DNA of 58,377 nucleotides, filler included, from Dimargaris cristalligena (taxonomy: Eukaryota): NCBI GenBank assembly GCA_003614675.1. It is 2 parts of 2 records of this genome, joined end to end, with 100 filler letters (N's around TTAATTAATTAA, not from the genome) between each part and the next. Parts side by side here need not be neighbours in the genome. Positions count along the whole stretch, not along the records: positions 29,284 to 58,377 come from ML002491.1; 1 more part is not named here. One strand, given 5' to 3'. Both the position numbers and the translations under genes were made by a program. Positions 39,266-51,397 of this stretch are shown piece by piece (position 1 is the first letter of the stretch; each line of letters starts with the position of its first letter). The notes under the pieces are model-generated. The model was not told where the DNA came from. It saw only the letters and a list, made by a program, of their open reading frames with translations, and did not search any database.

Positions 39266-40605
39266 ATGTCCGATACCAAGGTCGAGCAAGTTACTGGTAA
39301 GGGGTCAACCGTCGCGTCCTTAGCCCGAGCCATTGCATAGCAGCAGTAGCAGTGGCGAAGCTCCATGACTAGCGCCTTTACCCTCTATTGACCTGGTATG
39401 ACACATTGACTAATGCATCCTTTCCCTCCTCCTCATCTCCACCCGGGCCCCAATTTTACAGATGAAGTGCCCGTCACCGCGACCAAGTACAACCTCAACG
39501 AGATGAAAATCGTGTGCGACGAGGCTCTACAAAAGGTAAAGGTTTCTTCCTCACTCTCCTCGGTGGGTATCCGGCGCTTCCTCCACATTGGCACTTGGCA
39601 TACTTACTGTAAAGCCCAGGGATACTCTCTTGCAAAGCACCTCCTCTCCCCTACTTCCCTCACACATTTGTTGTATACCCTTTGTCTACCTTTTACTGGA
39701 CTCCCCCCCTCTCCACCCCACAGTTTTTTGTCGACAAAAGGGGCTACAAGCAGTACCATACCCACACCGACGTCAAGCTCATCCTCGGTTACTCCGCCTG
39801 TTTATTGGCCGCATTCGATTTCGGCTACACATGGAAGAAGCCGTTCGAGGAAGTTCGCTACACCACTTTCATTTGCACGATTGGGTAAGTAACCATAGTC
39901 CCGGTTTTCTCTAGTCATAACTGTAAAATAGTAGGGAAAATGCGAATGGCTATATTTATAAAAAATGAAGCAGTAGTGCAATTTCGAACACCTCGGGCGA
40001 ATGTCTATACATCACCAACTTGCAATTGCATACTAATCTATCCCTTCAACTCACCCGTTATTTTACATTATAATGAATGACGTTAGCTTTGTCATTCTGA
40101 GCGTATTGGCGTCTGCATATGCCTACCTGGTCCAGAAGAACACCATTTTTGTCGGCTCCAAATCAATTGACGTAAGTGTTGGATTTCTAAGGCTGATTTC
40201 TCGACTTCCCCAGCTGTCATTGCTGACTTACTGTAATGTATTTTAAATCGTCCGGTCTGTAAACTCATTCCAACGTTGGCTTAATAGTGCGAATCGACTT
40301 CATCTAACGTGTTATCTTTTCACCCATTATTTACATTATCCAATTTCGTTGGGTACCTACAGGGAAAGGATGTCGTTCTTTCGGTGGCTTCCGAGGCCCA
40401 GCCCAACACGGGCGAGTATAAACTGAACTTCTCCGTTCGGCCACTTAAGGGGGACGAGGGCTCCGCTACCGCCAATGTGACCACCCAGTCCATGAGCAAG
40501 AGTGTCGGCAACTGGTTCTATGAGTCGGGCAAACTCGAACGGGCCGCTATTGAGAAGGACCTGGGCGAATTTCTCGATACCATGGAAAATAAGAAGACCG
40601 ACTAA
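39266..40605 (+). CDS. SPC2: Signal peptidase complex subunit 2 (SPC25 family)
   Basis: Exons 39266-39296, 39462-39535, 39724-39884, 40087-40171 and 40363-40605. KYNLNEMKIVCDEAL; HTDVKLILGY; two TM segments; SVGNWFYESG; C-terminal KKTD. Confidence 0.88.
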
Positions 40606-41127
40606 TTTTCAAACTAGATTAGGGTGTCGGTATAAACACATCTCCCCTCCCACACCCACACGTGTATGTATGGGATAGGGGGTTTGATGCCCCCTCCGTG
40701 TGCTTTTGCAATCTGACAATTTTAAGCCCCACCCACACCCGTCACTCCCACTTTCTTCTCCGGTTCAACCCGGATTTCTTTGGACTTTACTGTATCCTAT
40801 GCTGCTGTATTCACCATGTGCCATTTTTAAAATATGCAACCTTCCAAATAAATTCCGCCACACGCCCTTGCGACCTTCCTTATGATGGATCAGTGTATAG
40901 TATAGACTTTAGTGCTAAAATTATGGATTATGGGGTGCGGCTGCTGAAGTGTTATATAGGCAAACCATATTAACGATCTTAATGATCGCCTTTCGGGGTT
41001 TAACTCACCCCCCTTTAATAGCTGCCGTGTGTGGGGACTACAGGGGTTGCAAAAACTCGAGCAGTCCCATGTCAGCTGACCGGCGATTAGGATGCACTTG
41101 CTGGGGAGTGTTCATGTCCACTCATAT

Positions 41128-42374
41128 CTAGTACTTGTAGAAGCCCTCGCCCGATTTGCGGCCTAACTTGCCAGCCTTGACCAGTTCATCCAGCGTCTTG
41201 GAGGGGCTGACCAGCTCTTTGCCCGCGAGACCCTCGCCTTCTTTGAACCAACCGTCGTTGATGAATTTCATGGTGTCCAGACCCACGTAATCAGCGAGCT
41301 GGAAGGGGCCCATGGGGTAACCAGCACCCAGTTTCATGGCCGTATCGACATCCTCGGGAGTGGCTTCGCCGCGCTCAACGAGACGCATGGCTTCCATCAT
41401 GTAGGGGACCAGCAGACGGTTGACGATAAATCTAAATGCGTGGATTTTAAACAGAATAGGCATAACCGTTATAGAAGAGGGTGTTAATATTATCCGACAG
41501 TCGGGACCGAGGCGGTTATTTAGCGGAGATGGGACAGAGTCTCCATTTCATTCGTCCATAGATCAGAGTCGGCTATTTTCAAATAAATAAATAATACGAA
41601 CAGCAAAGATGGTTAGTAGTTATTCCTTCTCGTATCCGAAATAACACTAAGCCACCACTACACTTACCCAGGGGTGTCCTTGCAGCGCACGGGCGATTTC
41701 TTGAGGGCCAAACAGAAGTTGACCAGGTCATCGACCACGACTGCGTCGACCTGAGGGGTCTGGACCACCTCGACCAGTTTCATCTGCGGCACGGGGTTAA
41801 AGAAGTGCAGACCGGCGAAACGGCTGACCCGCTCCGGAGCCGTAGCCTCGGCCAGTCTAGCAATAGGCAGCGAACTGGTATTGGAGGTAAAGATAGTGTG
41901 ACGGGGGGCCACCGCGTCGAGACTGCTGAAGAGATTACGCTTGGTCTGGACGTTTTCCACAATGGCCTCAATGACCAAGTCGGCGGATTCAGCAGGGGCC
42001 ATGGGGTCGGTGGAAGTCTTGACGCGGGTCATGATTTCGTCAATGAACTGCTGCTGCTGGGTTTCGCTGTCGGCAAACTTCTTGCGGGCCACCCGCTGGA
42101 GGGAGGACTGAATGTAGCCCTGACCCTTGTTGAGCATTTCGGGGCTCAAGTCGACCATGGTGACTTGGAAGTTGTTTTGGGCGGCAACTTGGACGATGCC
42201 CGAGCCCATCAGGCCGGAGCCGTAGACAACGACATTCTTAATGGGGGTGGAGGCGGCCGGGGCGGTGGTGTGGAGCAGAGCGGCCGAGGCAGCGGTCTTG
42301 CCCAGCTGGGCGGTCAGGGGCCGGGCCACGGCGGGCTGAAGGTGGCGAAGGATTTGGGACTGACGGGCGTACAT
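41128..42374 (-). CDS. HADH: Short-chain 3-hydroxyacyl-CoA dehydrogenase (HADH/SCHAD-like)
   Basis: Exons 42374-41668 and 41431-41128. Rossmann [53 protein letters not shown]. Confidence 0.95.
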
Positions 42375-43633
42375 GGTGGAGAGGAAGTATAGGTGAGGTA
42401 AAGGGGGAAGAAATAGGCTAGGTATGTACAAAAGCTACAAAACCCGTGAAATAGATAGCAAATATAAAAGGTCAGGGAGAAGAGAAGAGGTAGGGATGGT
42501 AGGGAATTATAGAGCAGAAGTAAAAGTCCCTCTGTTCACTGGTGTGAATACGCGCATATAGAAGAGAGGCCAGGGTGCATGCATGACTAGGAAATATAGT
42601 GTGAGTGAGTGACATCTCCTAGTTCAGGGATTTCACAGGCCACTTTCTGGGATTGGTTTCGTATTTGTCGCACCCCAACCGTCGGCGTATTGCCCTAATC
42701 TCTGGTTGCCACTAACCACACTGGATCAAGCAGTCCAGCTCAGCCGGGCCTGGTTGGCTTGGGGACTCAGTCTAGCCGCGCCAATGATGGATAGGTAGGT
42801 AGAGTAGTAGTACCATTAGATAAAGGGCGCTTTAGCAATTCCTCCTACTTGCTCGAATGTATACCAGTTTCACCTAATGAAACGCGAGGATAATAGCCCC
42901 CCGCTGAAGGTTTCCTCTTTATAAACCGTTTCTCGCATATGACTGCTGCCAAAAGGATAGTAAGTATATCCTTTAACTACAGTGTCATAATAATATATAC
43001 ATTCCCCCATTGTCTCAAGCTATTGGAAGTACACGTGACACCGCTGACCAACTTCCAATGTCTGGCTACCATGGAGAAGGCGGGATAAGAAGAGTGTGAT
43101 AATATCACTTACTTACTTACTACTCAGCCCTACTACATATTATCAGCGATACCAGAGAACTCAGCCCTCCAAAGAGGCTGGCGTGGAAGAACAGCACACT
43201 TCTACCAGATTCATTAATCACACCCTATCCCTTCTGTAATGGATTCCCTGTTCACATGGGAGAAAAGGTCGCTTATTCCGCCAACCTCGGTTTTAAATAT
43301 CCAAGACCTTCCTTTCCCTTTGCACCCAAATCCTAAAGAAGTAATCCCACGACCAACCCATTAAAAACCTCCCATACAGTGACTATTCCCGTCTACCTGG
43401 CTCTGCTGCACCAACCACCACTACTACAATACCAGTTACCTCTATTCACTATCCCCCCGGACCGGTGGCAGCGTACACCGTCGTCGTTCCTTGCCCCCTC
43501 TCCCCAGACTCGCTAGACCGCAGGCCCGAAAACCCCTTTTTCAATTCCATTCGTTAGTCTATTTATATACTCTCCATTTAGCCCTTTCAACATTCCCATT
43601 CCCGTTGCAATACACCGCATTCCCTTTTCGAAC

Positions 43634-46600
43634 ATGGCCGCGGTCCATTGTCGGAGCCCCTTTACCCCACGGGTAAGCCAGCAGGTCCGTCTGCATGTTA
43701 TCCAGGCCACCGACCTGCATTCCCTCTTAGACCAGTCGGCCCACGCGAATGAGCACTCGGTCTTACGTCCGATCGTGGAAGGAGAGGGGAAGCAGGGCCC
43801 GCTAGCCTGCTTCGTGTCCCGCCCCTTCTACGAGGCCCTCCAGCCACAGCAGCAGGATACAGCCCCTGAGGCTTTGGCGGTCCATTTGGACCCCGCCCTA
43901 AAACGCCTCTTGCGACTCGCTCTCGACCCTAGCGAACAGTCCTGCTCACCACCACGACTTTCTGCGACAGCCGCTCTCAGTACTATACTGGCCCTGCCTT
44001 CCATCCTCTACTCAATGTATATCATCGACGATTATCCCGGGCTGGAGCAGGCCCTCGCCAACTTAGTCTCGTCCGTGCCACCAATGGCCCCCAACGAGCA
44101 GCTGCCCGAGTGCTGTCTCGTGCACTCCGAACTGGCCCGGCTGCGGGACTCTCAGTCGACTATACTGGCCAATCTATTCACCGGATCCGTAGAGTGGGTA
44201 CTCCCTCCGATCTTGAACCAGGTCGTTTTAACTACCACTAATGAAGCCGGCTACCGGTACCATATTGACCACCCGGGTCATTTCGTCGACTGCATTAAAC
44301 GGCAAGCCCCGCTATTCCACCGGGGTGATTCACTCATACTACCTTCTGGCCATCCCGCCACTGGCCGAGACGACCAACCCGAAGGGACACAATCCGCCGG
44401 TGATTCCATTTCTTCCGGAACCCAATTCTATGTAGTCGATAGTCAGCCCACCCTGCAAGGTATAGTTGCCCCTGACACTCAAATTATCCTGGCGCGGTAC
44501 GCCCCTACTACGACCAGTACCAGTCCGGATGATGCATGGGCTGCAGAGGTGCCTATGCTCGAGCGGGATTTGGGCTCCATTCAGATTGGGAGCGAGTACC
44601 TTCGTCGGTTGGCCGGAGTCCCCCATGATCCGTTTGTAATAGACAGCGATACGTCGAGTACCGATACCGACGACGATGAAGATACCAGTAATAATAACCA
44701 GGATACCCACAGTCCTACCCCACCTACTCCCGCCGGTTCTAATGGGGACATAGGTATCAATGCCGATGCTCCTACCGCGGGTCTATCACCGAAAACCAAC
44801 CCCCTGACCAGCCCATCCGGGGAAATTGATTGGCCCTCGGTTAATTTGCGTATTCTACCCAATTTAGAAGAATACGCAGCAGTGCCAAATCCGATAGCCA
44901 ATGCCTATTCGGCCCTCGATGATGATTCGGCTGCCACACTCATTCCCTCCTCCGCCCCCTCTATTCATACCGCCACCCTGGCTTACACTGACGGGGTTAG
45001 CGTGGATTCAGCCGTCTTTACCACCTTCTCAACGCTTGGGCGCTTAGGGGTCCAACACGGTGATTGGATTCAACTCCGCTGCTCCACTGAATCGGCCCGG
45101 CCCTGTCGTATTTTTGCCCTACCTCTGCCGAAATTATTGACCAGTGGGCTGGATTCCCCCGGGGCGCCTACGTTATGGACCACGCCCATTTTGGCCTACA
45201 ATTTGGGCCTGGACCTACCCACCATTAGCGAATTGACGTATTCGTCCGAAGGAACAGCGTCGGTATCACCCAACCTGGGCTCCGGGCTAGTCAAAGCTCG
45301 TGGATATCATTCGCACCCGTCGGGCCACCACCATCCCAATTCCTCCTCCCCTTCGGAACCCTCTTCATCCCATGATAATTCATCACCTACGCTTCAAGCC
45401 GCTCGTATTATATTGGCTCGAGTGGCGTCACCCCAGTCAGAAAACAAACAGCTCTACGAAGGTCTCTTGGCCGTCCTGCAACATCGTATCCAAACAGTCG
45501 GCGAGTTGGTATTAACGGAGGGGGATATTTTCCCCGTTTTGGTGGACGAAAATGTGGCAGCGACCAAGGATCGGCTACTTGAAGGCGGTGATCTCGGCTG
45601 GCTTGATTTGGTGGTGGGGGCGGCTAGTCACCCCGCCCGCACTGGCCAGGTTGCCTTCTTTCAAGTGACCAACGTGCTGTCCAAGTCCGAACCTGAATCG
45701 GATGTCAGTCGTCGTCGAAGCTCCCCCCGTTACTGGCGGGTTCACCCTGACTATACCGAAATTGTCCAAACCGGCCTGACCCACGGCTCCGTACCTTATT
45801 GTTGGGGCCCTTACGTTACGGGACTAAGTCAGGCGGGCGTGACCGTACCTCCCGTGGGTAGTACTGCCCACCTATTCCCCACCTTCCGCCAACTACGGGA
45901 TATATTGCTGGCTTTCCAAATGCCCACCACCCAGGCCCTTCACATTCCCTCGACGGTCCTGCTTCACGGACCCCCCGGTGTGGGTAAGCGCGCCACTGTG
46001 GCATGGGCGGCGGACTACCTGGGTTTCCACCGTTACACCGTTACCGCTTCTGAACTCCTGGAAGGCAATCCTTCCGATGTGCAACTACGGGGGGCCCTAG
46101 CTACCCACCTGGAGCAGGCCGCCAAATACACGCCGGGTCTATTCATCATTGAACATTTGGATGCCCTCGTTCATTCACAGGCGGGACTGGAACGTCAGGA
46201 AGAGCCGCCCATCGTACATACCCTCATGGGACTGTTTCAGGAGGTATCCGCCGCCATTCGGCAGCGTAGTACCGTCCCGGGCAATAGCCGGCCCCAGTTG
46301 CACTACCCGTTGATCATGGTGGGCCTCTGTTCCGACGCCTCTAAGCTACCTGCCTCGTTGAGCCAGTGGTTCCAACAGGAATTGGAAATCGGGGCCCCCG
46401 CCGAAAAAACCCGCCAGACTATTTTGCAATCGCTCATGGGTCGACACCTCACCAGCCCGGATGTGACATTACACACGGTGGCCTTGGAAACAGCGTCCTT
46501 CTTGCCCAGTGATTTGGTCCAGTTGACCACGCGGGCCTGTTTGGCGGCCTGGTCGCAGGCCCGTCGGGCGGGCGGAATCGATACCGGCCCTACCACTACT

Positions 46601-47836
46601 ACTGGTACGCAGTCCACATCTACATCCCCAGGGAGCTCGCTTCGACCCCTGCTGGCCGCGGGGGTGGCGGTCGGTGCCGACCACTGGACCCAAGCCCTCG
46701 CCGAAACGCGCACCGAAGTATCTGACAGTCTAGGGGTTCCCAAGATTCCCAACGTGACCTGGGACGACGTGGGCGGTCTCCAATCGGTCAAACAGGACAT
46801 TCTCGACACCGTCCAACTGCCCCTCGAACATCCCGAGCTGTTTGCCCAGGGGGTCAAAAAACGCTCAGGCATTCTCCTCTACGGTCCGCCGGGTACGGGC
46901 AAAACCCTGCTGGCCAAGGCGGTGGCCACCTCCTGCTCCCTGAACTTCTTCTCGGTCAAGGGTCCCGAACTGCTCAACATGTACATTGGCGAATCCGAAG
47001 CTAACGTCCGTAGGGTGTTCCAGAAGGCCCGGGATGCCCGGCCGTGTGTGATTTTCTTCGATGAACTGGACTCGCTGGCCCCCAAACGGGGGCAGCAGGG
47101 CGATTCCGGAGGTGTGATGGATCGGATTGTCAGCCAGCTCTTGGCCGAATTGGACGGCATGTCCGGCGGGGGTAGTGGTGGGGGAGACTTCGATAACGGA
47201 AGTGGGAACGAGGACACTCAGCCTTCCTCGTCCTCGGCCGGTGCCGCCGATATTTTCGTCATTGGGGCCACCAACCGACCCGACCTCCTCGACCCGGCCC
47301 TTCTACGCCCGGGTCGCTTCGACAAGCTGGTGTACCTGGGTATCAGTGAAAACCACACCAGCCAACTCAGTATCCTTGAAGCCCTGACCCGTAAATTCAA
47401 CCTCGCCCCGGATTGGCATTTGGCCGACGTGGCCAATAGGTGTCCGTTTAATTATACGGGGGCGGACTTTTACGCGCTGTGTTCGGATGCGATGCTAAAG
47501 GCTATGATTCGGCAGGTGGACCAAGTGAACGAGTACGTACGGGCCATGAACGAAGATAATAGAGGAGAAGGCGATATAGAAGAGGGTGGTGAAGCGGAGG
47601 CTGGAAACCGGCGGTTGCCCCGAATTCATCCCATCACGGGCAAACCCCTACCCCGGCCCATGACCGCGCAGTACTTTCTGGAGCATTTGGCCAGTGAGGA
47701 TGATACGAATATTTTGGTCCAAGAGGACGATTTCATACGGGCGTTGGATGAGCTGGTGCCCTCAGTGCCCATGGAAGAAATCCGTCGGTACAAGCAGATT
47801 CAAAGTAAATTTAACCAGGGCGTGGCTGAAAATTAG
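43634..47836 (+). CDS. PEX6: Peroxisomal AAA ATPase Pex6
   Basis: 1400-aa ORF. Degenerate D1 (GPPGVGKR). Canonical D2: IPNVTWDDVGGL, GPPGTGKT, SVKGPELLNMYIGESEANVR, FFDELDS, GDSGGVMDRIVSQLLAELDG, ADFYALCSDA. Confidence 0.96.
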   Translation: MAAVHCRSPFTPRVSQQVRLHVIQATDLHSLLDQSAHANEHSVLRPIVEGEGKQGPLACFVSRPFYEALQPQQQDTAPEALAVHLDPALKRLLRLALDPSEQSCSPPRLSATAALSTILALPSILYSMYIIDDYPGLEQALANLVSSVPPMAPNEQLPECCLVHSELARLRDSQSTILANLFTGSVEWVLPPILNQVVLTTTNEAGYRYHIDHPGHFVDCIKRQAPLFHRGDSLILPSGHPATGRDDQPEGTQSAGDSISSGTQFYVVDSQPTLQGIVAPDTQIILARYAPTTTSTSPDDAWAAEVPMLERDLGSIQIGSEYLRRLAGVPHDPFVIDSDTSSTDTDDDEDTSNNNQDTHSPTPPTPAGSNGDIGINADAPTAGLSPKTNPLTSPSGEIDWPSVNLRILPNLEEYAAVPNPIANAYSALDDDSAATLIPSSAPSIHTATLAYTDGVSVDSAVFTTFSTLGRLGVQHGDWIQLRCSTESARPCRIFALPLPKLLTSGLDSPGAPTLWTTPILAYNLGLDLPTISELTYSSEGTASVSPNLGSGLVKARGYHSHPSGHHHPNSSSPSEPSSSHDNSSPTLQAARIILARVASPQSENKQLYEGLLAVLQHRIQTVGELVLTEGDIFPVLVDENVAATKDRLLEGGDLGWLDLVVGAASHPARTGQVAFFQVTNVLSKSEPESDVSRRRSSPRYWRVHPDYTEIVQTGLTHGSVPYCWGPYVTGLSQAGVTVPPVGSTAHLFPTFRQLRDILLAFQMPTTQALHIPSTVLLHGPPGVGKRATVAWAADYLGFHRYTVTASELLEGNPSDVQLRGALATHLEQAAKYTPGLFIIEHLDALVHSQAGLERQEEPPIVHTLMGLFQEVSAAIRQRSTVPGNSRPQLHYPLIMVGLCSDASKLPASLSQWFQQELEIGAPAEKTRQTILQSLMGRHLTSPDVTLHTVALETASFLPSDLVQLTTRACLAAWSQARRAGGIDTGPTTTTGTQSTSTSPGSSLRPLLAAGVAVGADHWTQALAETRTEVSDSLGVPKIPNVTWDDVGGLQSVKQDILDTVQLPLEHPELFAQGVKKRSGILLYGPPGTGKTLLAKAVATSCSLNFFSVKGPELLNMYIGESEANVRRVFQKARDARPCVIFFDELDSLAPKRGQQGDSGGVMDRIVSQLLAELDGMSGGGSGGGDFDNGSGNEDTQPSSSSAGAADIFVIGATNRPDLLDPALLRPGRFDKLVYLGISENHTSQLSILEALTRKFNLAPDWHLADVANRCPFNYTGADFYALCSDAMLKAMIRQVDQVNEYVRAMNEDNRGEGDIEEGGEAEAGNRRLPRIHPITGKPLPRPMTAQYFLEHLASEDDTNILVQEDDFIRALDELVPSVPMEEIRRYKQIQSKFNQGVAEN

Positions 47837-49369
47837 ATGGCCTACCCTGGCTTTTCCCCCTGATGTTTCACTATTACTGTACGCCGCCCAGATAGATGGT
47901 ATACATAGCGCGCCTACATGGGGCAGATGGACTTGTCTCTAGACACATTGTGCATTCCGAGATCTTGTCCGTTTTGTTAATTTGGTTTTTTTAAAAAGAA
48001 ATAAAAGTAATATTTAAATTAAGGTGATTAGTCAACCTAGGCAATCGGGCATCGGATATACAGTCACAATGGCTATAAATTTGCCGAATTCCCCATGAAG
48101 TCGACACCATAATGTATTCATGCTGAATATGGGTGAGGTTCAACCAGGTAATATAACGAAAAACTCATGGATAAGGCAAATACTATTGGTTATATTAAAA
48201 TCACGCAACTATTTAATCATGCCTTTACCGTTTAAAGCCTTACACGGTTACATTAAACTTCTCCCATATGCCCTAATGAGACCCCCCCCCACCCCGAGAA
48301 GCACCATCAATCGCGCATCACCTTTCTCGTTGGTCCCATTCAGGCCATTGTCGGTGTGATTTTTAGACCGCTTCAAGAGCTGGCGGATGGTGTAGAGTAT
48401 GGTTATACATGGTGTATTTCAGACTGGGGTTATTGTCTCCGCACCAGAAATCCCTGGGGGACTGTAGTCCGCATTATCCCTTTCCTGATATTATAGGGTA
48501 TAGGTCGGCAATATTATGAGACCGGTATAATTGCACCTAGTTCTTCGTTGAATTAAGTGATTTTAGCGTCTTACTGGTAGTTGGTATCTCTCCTAGACCA
48601 GCGACGGATTCCCATTATAATAATTGAAGCCCAATAGTTCTATCCGAATGACTTGTGCGCGAGTCGACTGAGAGGTCTCCAATGTTATTATTTTCAGTCA
48701 GCAGGACCATAGTATCTTATGGTCCCTTGACCACTAGCGATTAACCCCTAGCGTGCCTACTATCTCCGGCAGGTTGGCTTACATATATAGACGAATGCAA
48801 TCTCTTTGCCTAATTTTATGAGCACCGACGAAGCCACCCATGTGCATTATTTGGTCGAAAATGGCACAACTAGAGAAAAGAGTCTGCTTGGCCTGACGCT
48901 AGTCTGTCCAAACGGACACAATTTTAGAGGAAAGTTACTCAAGTTGTAACCGTAGTACCAAGGTGGTGAGGTGGGAGGGAAGGCGGGGAACACAGTCGAT
49001 ATACTGGGAACGCCTGGAACCAAGATAGGGGCTCTAGTGGTCAAGTGAGTAGCGAACGGCTGGTGCAACGCTAGGCGTTAGCCCGTGATTACGGGGGCTT
49101 ATTATGGCACACCGCCCTATGTGGCCAGGCCGAAATACAGAGGCCGGTTCAGCGCTGGGGACCTGATTTTTTATCTAGAAGTTTGGGAGGGTTTATAAAA
49201 AAGGGTAGGTTTGGCAATCGGACTGTTTGATATTTATTTATAAGTAAATGTATGGTATTTCACTATCAATGGGCTCTTTTTCCCTAACACAAGTATATAT
49301 CTCTACCCTACTGAAACTTAATTCCATTTAACCAACTGGCCCTCATCGCTTCATCTCCCAGGTACCAAG

Positions 49370-51149
49370 ATGCACCTACTTGTTTTCACATTCCTGAGTC
49401 TTGCGGTAACCCTAAAGTCGACCACCCGAGCCACCAATAGCGCCAATACACCCAAATCGATAGGAAGCACTAGTATAGAATTTCGTCGCTTGCCACCGGA
49501 AATTCACTCAAAGATTTTCTCGTACATTGGCGAGGATAGTGATGAGGCCCTGGATATCTTAGCCCTGGAAGGCCATTTTATGGGCAACTACGCTCGTGGT
49601 ATTTTGGTAACTAAAGTAGGCTATACACGTTGTTGGTAGAGTGGATTTGCGTATGTTAACTAAACTCGGGTAGCTAAACTATTACTTACGTGCACCACGA
49701 AGCTGGCCGTTTGAAACAATGAATCGTCGACTATTAACTGGGGTCCAAAATGTCTATTTGCCGGTATTTCATTATTCTCACATATTTGGCACGGATTCAC
49801 TGAACCTATACCTCCACTGATAGGCATTAGACCAATTCCCCAAAATAATGGTCCAGGCCAAAGACATGTTTTTCAGACGCTACAAATGGCGCAGTATATC
49901 CGTTAGTTGGTTTGCCTTGACTCCTGTTGAATCATGGGATGTCCTCCTCAGTAGTATAGATCACCGTTGGGCCGAGGCTTACCGGCAATGCCTAGACACT
50001 GCATCTCGGCATCAACATCAAGTCAACTACCGGGCACTTTACCGTGGCCAGTACTACGACCAATTTCTTGAGAAAAACCAACATAGCCATTTATTAACCA
50101 ACAACCGCCGGGCCATCTTGTCCATGCGTCTTCTATCAGAAGCCGACCTGAGTATTCACTTCCCACTAGTTTTTTATGCGGATTTTGCAATGGTAGCGGG
50201 TTTATTGGATCTGTTGATTGCGGCCCAAGTGGTCGAGGGTAAGACAAGGATTTTCAATATCGAAGCCCGCCTCGGCTTGGTTGACCACCGCCACCAGATG
50301 CTCCACGATGAGCAGCTGGGTTTAGGCGATTTTGTTCCCGCCGTGGTACACCGAGTACTGACAGGTATTCTATGGCGGTGGTGTCACCGGAAAGAGTGGA
50401 GTCAAGTTGAAGCAGTGTTCCAAGGTTTCATCCACACCACCAATCAGGCCAATGCGGACCATCACATTAACCTACGCAAGCCGGGAGTAATGCATCAGAT
50501 TTGGGACTTCGCCCGACTGGTCATTACTATGGCCGCCATAAAACAGAACCGCCCTACTATCCAGACCGTAACTGATGTTATGGCCCAACTGGACGAAGTT
50601 CTGGAACGAACAGGACCAGATGCCTTTCTAGCTACTCGACCGGCCCTACTTCTTCGCCTCCAATCTGAACACCTGATCGGGGCGGCCCAATTCCTGTCCC
50701 AAGTATGGCTGGATCTGGGTGAACTTCCGGGCACTACTCATAAAGACCACCCGAAATGCCCGCACTTTCTGGATACTAAATACCTTTTTCTAACCGACGA
50801 CGGCGATTTACTTCAGGCTATTCCTTCGGCGGTGATTCGACTTAACCAGGTACTCAAATACGCCGAGTATACGCAGTCCCCGACAAGCCTACACTCTCCC
50901 TCTTTCTCACCTTACTTGTTTCCCGCTTACCATCAAGCCCGCATGGATCGAATTACCGCAGCTACTACTGATGGTGTCATTAGCCCGGCCGGTGATCAAT
51001 CGTCAGAAGACAAGGTACTCCAAAACCTCTGGGACCCTAGTAGCGATCCCTTATTTGCCGATTTCCAGCCTAAATATGACTTAAAATATCGACTTATCCA
51101 AGCAAGGTTTAAATTGGGCCTTTTCTTTTTCTCGCATTTATTTTTTTGA
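49370..51149 (+). CDS. Putative secreted protein with an N-terminal F-box-like motif (candidate effector)
   Basis: Exon 49370-49615 (hydrophobic leader MHLLVFTFLSLAVTL; FRRLPPEIHSKIFSYIG) joins through a phase-0 GT-AG intron (49616-49823) to an open frame 49824-51149, giving ~523 aa. A short extra 3' intron near 51107-51154 is possible. Confidence 0.75.
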
Positions 51150-51397
51150 TCTAGCAAAAAGAAGTAAGAATCAAAGTGCGTAGTGTATCATTAAATACTC
51201 ACATTTTCTGGAAATACTTCAATTGGCTTTATGTATACAGTCAAATGCAGTTTAGAGTGCCTTTATTTTATTGAGGGTATCATAATTATTTTAGTATGAA
51301 TACAATATTCAGTATACTTAAGAGAAAATGAAGACCTTCCTGAAATACTTGGGGTGAGGAGCTCACTTTAAAGTAATCTATATTGAGTTTTACAGTG

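Noticed and set aside
45960-46170. Degenerate Walker A/B motifs in the first AAA domain of Pex6
   Set aside because: An inactive D1 ring is normal for Pex6.
48383-48473. tRNA-like pattern (GCGGAT..GTCCGC ends, A-box-like TGGTGTAGAGTATGG, TGGTG/CACCA stem, TTCA in the loop); considered as tRNA-Sec or a pseudo-tRNA
   Set aside because: No T-loop/B-box (GTTCRA), the T arm cannot form and the spacing is wrong. At best a decayed relic; tRNAscan-SE or Secmarker would settle it.
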